From contig CAWCRS010000005.1 in assembly GCA_963798085.1 (NCBI GenBank), forward strand, positions 13,880-77,879: 64,000 nucleotides of DNA, given 5' to 3'. Position numbers and translations under genes: made by a program. Positions 62,514-64,000 of this stretch are shown piece after piece. This DNA is from an uncultured Gemmatimonadales bacterium. Lineage in GTDB: Bacteria > Gemmatimonadota > Gemmatimonadetes > Longimicrobiales > RSA9. The notes under the pieces were generated by a model that made no database searches, was not told where the DNA came from, and saw only the letters and a list, made by a program, of their open reading frames with translations. Numbering within the stretch: the stretch's first letter is position 1; every line of letters begins with the position of its first letter.

Positions 62514-63454
62514 CAGCTGCGCGTCCGCGTGGCCGTGAACAGCGTGGACCAGTCCAGGCGGTCACGCTGCGGCCTGGCCGCCTTCGCCAGGCGGATCGCC
62601 ATGTCCGCCATGTGCTCGACCGCCCAGTCGAAGTAATGCGATGTCAGGGAATACACGTCCATGTCGGGTGCGGGGTTCATGAAATCGATGGCGTAGGGAA
62701 TGCCGTCACGAATGGCCCACTCGATCGAGTTCATGTCGTAGCCCAGTGCGCGCACCAGCTTGAGCGAGTCCGCCACCACGCGCGCGCCCGTTTCCGGCGT
62801 CAGGTACTCGTGGTCCATGATGTACTTGCGTTCGCGCGGATCGTAGTGGATGGGCATGATCTCTTCCTGGCCCAGACAGATGCAGCGTACGAACTGATCC
62901 CACTCGATGTACTCCTGCACCACCATGGTGCGCAGGCCGGAGCGGTCGTAGTTGTCGATCAGCTCACCCATGGTGCGGCAGATGAAGACGTCCTTCCAGC
63001 CGCCGCCGTGCGCATCCTTCAGCACGCAGGGCATGCCGACGTAGTCCACGATGGCGTGCCAGTCGAGCGGATACACAAGGTTGCGCAGGCTCTCCGTGTG
63101 CACGATGCCGGGCACGTAGTCCTTGTTGGGCAGTGCCACCGTGCGCGGGTGCGCCACACCCAGCTTCCGCGCCAGACTGGCGCCGAAGAACTTGTCGTCC
63201 GCCGACCACATGAACGGATTGTTCACCACGGTGACGCCCTGCACCACCGCGTGCTTCAGGTAGCTGCGGTAGTACGGGACTTCATGCGAGATGCGATCGA
63301 TGATGACGGACCACGGCACCGGCTCATCCATGGCGGTGCCGCCCAGCTTGACGTACTCGACCACCACGCCCGCATCACGCCGATGCACTTCTTCGATGAA
63401 GGCCGGCGGGAACGACCACTCGCGGCCGACGAAGAGTCCCACCTTCAAGGCCAT
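62513..63454 (-). CDS. ATP-grasp domain protein (RimK/GshB-like size)
   Basis: Start at MALKVGLF (ATG 63452-63454), 313 aa. 'DDKFFGASLARKLGVAHPRTV', 'PCVLKDAHGGGWKDV', 'MVVQEYIEW' and 'NSIEWAIRDGIPYAIDFMNPAPD' follow the ATP-grasp layout. Confidence 0.7.
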   Translation of the reverse strand: MALKVGLFVGREWSFPPAFIEEVHRRDAGVVVEYVKLGGTAMDEPVPWSVIIDRISHEVPYYRSYLKHAVVQGVTVVNNPFMWSADDKFFGASLARKLGVAHPRTVALPNKDYVPGIVHTESLRNLVYPLDWHAIVDYVGMPCVLKDAHGGGWKDVFICRTMGELIDNYDRSGLRTMVVQEYIEWDQFVRCICLGQEEIMPIHYDPRERKYIMDHEYLTPETGARVVADSLKLVRALGYDMNSIEWAIRDGIPYAIDFMNPAPDMDVYSLTSHYFDWAVEHMADMAIRLAKAARPQRDRLDWSTLFTATRTRS

Positions 63455-63468
63455 GGTTTGTCCCCCGT

Positions 63469-64000
63469 TCAATCGTGTCCTCCGATGTAGAGCGGCAGCA
63501 TCTGCCGCCACCACGGCCAGTCGTGCGCCCAGCCGTCCCAGAGTCGGAAGGCGTGCCACACTCCTTTTTCCCACAGCACGCGCGAGATGTGTTCGTTGTC
63601 CGCGCGGTTGGGATCGTCACGCCCGATCGCGATGATGATGTCCGTGGCGCGCAGTGCCGCCAGCCGCGCCGGGTCCTGCAGGTGCATCAGGTAGTGCGAA
63701 GGATCGTGCGCATACACTCGCTCGTCCTCGTAACCGCCTGTCAGGCGCTTGATGTCGTAGAGCCCGGCCATGGCCAGCACGCGGTCTACCATGCCCGGAT
63801 GCCGCAACGCCAGGTTGAGCGCATGGTAGGCGCCGAAGCTCGTGCCGGTGGTGATCAGGAACGGATCCTGGTTGCGCTGCTGCGTGAACGGAATCACCTC
63901 GTGCACAATGTACCGTTCGTACTCGTCGTGCCGCAGCGCCGCATCCGAGGGATGCTTGTCGCGCGCGTACCAGCTCTCTGCATCCACGCTGTCCACGCAG
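63469..64000 (-). CDS. Esterase-family alpha/beta hydrolase, 5' end outside the window
   Basis: 'GTSFGAYHAL' nucleophile elbow, 'IIIAIGRDD' and 'WAHDWPWW'. The reading frame is still open at the window edge. Confidence 0.65.
   Translation of the reverse strand, partial: CVDSVDAESWYARDKHPSDAALRHDEYERYIVHEVIPFTQQRNQDPFLITTGTSFGAYHALNLALRHPGMVDRVLAMAGLYDIKRLTGGYEDERVYAHDPSHYLMHLQDPARLAALRATDIIIAIGRDDPNRADNEHISRVLWEKGVWHAFRLWDGWAHDWPWWRQMLPLYIGGHD

Overview
GC-rich bacterial chromosomal segment (roughly two-thirds G+C by eye, not computed). Most genes lie on the minus strand in long co-directional arrays, and many stop/start codons overlap by 1 or 4 nt. The gene content is a PEP-CTERM protein, a SusC/SusD pair, many secreted peptidases and an MCE/Mla-type transporter. 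This suggests a Gemmatimonadota- or Acidobacteriota-like soil bacterium (inference only). I support about 50 protein genes, one tRNA-Ala(UGC), a hand-found sigma-54-type promoter, several GC-rich hairpins and a small dispersed repeat family. Recognisable housekeeping genes are priA, carB, nth, glyQS, acnA and an SRAP/YedK gene.

Three points matter most.
(1) At 57.2-64.0 kb, seven adjacent genes encode four ATP-dependent amide-bond ligases of three folds (two ATP-grasp, one circularly permuted ATP-grasp/GspS-like, one GCS2/YbdK), a C26 gamma-glutamyl hydrolase and two esterase-family hydrolases. This is the best candidate for an uncharacterised small-molecule or peptide-tag system.
(2) Many otherwise well-conserved genes, including carB, are broken by single-base indels, mostly a C/G insertion. 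Density is extreme in acnA (46.5-49.3 kb) and in the permuted ATP-grasp gene (61.2-62.5 kb). This looks like sequence-quality damage rather than biology and needs read-level checking.
(3) The ORF track does not show a 36-aa MetS-like membrane micro-ORF upstream of carB, a GC-rich repeat present in three copies (two inverted between mlaE and mlaF), or a near-consensus sigma-54 promoter in front of the PEP-CTERM gene.

The many long antisense ORFs are high-GC shadow frames and are rejected.
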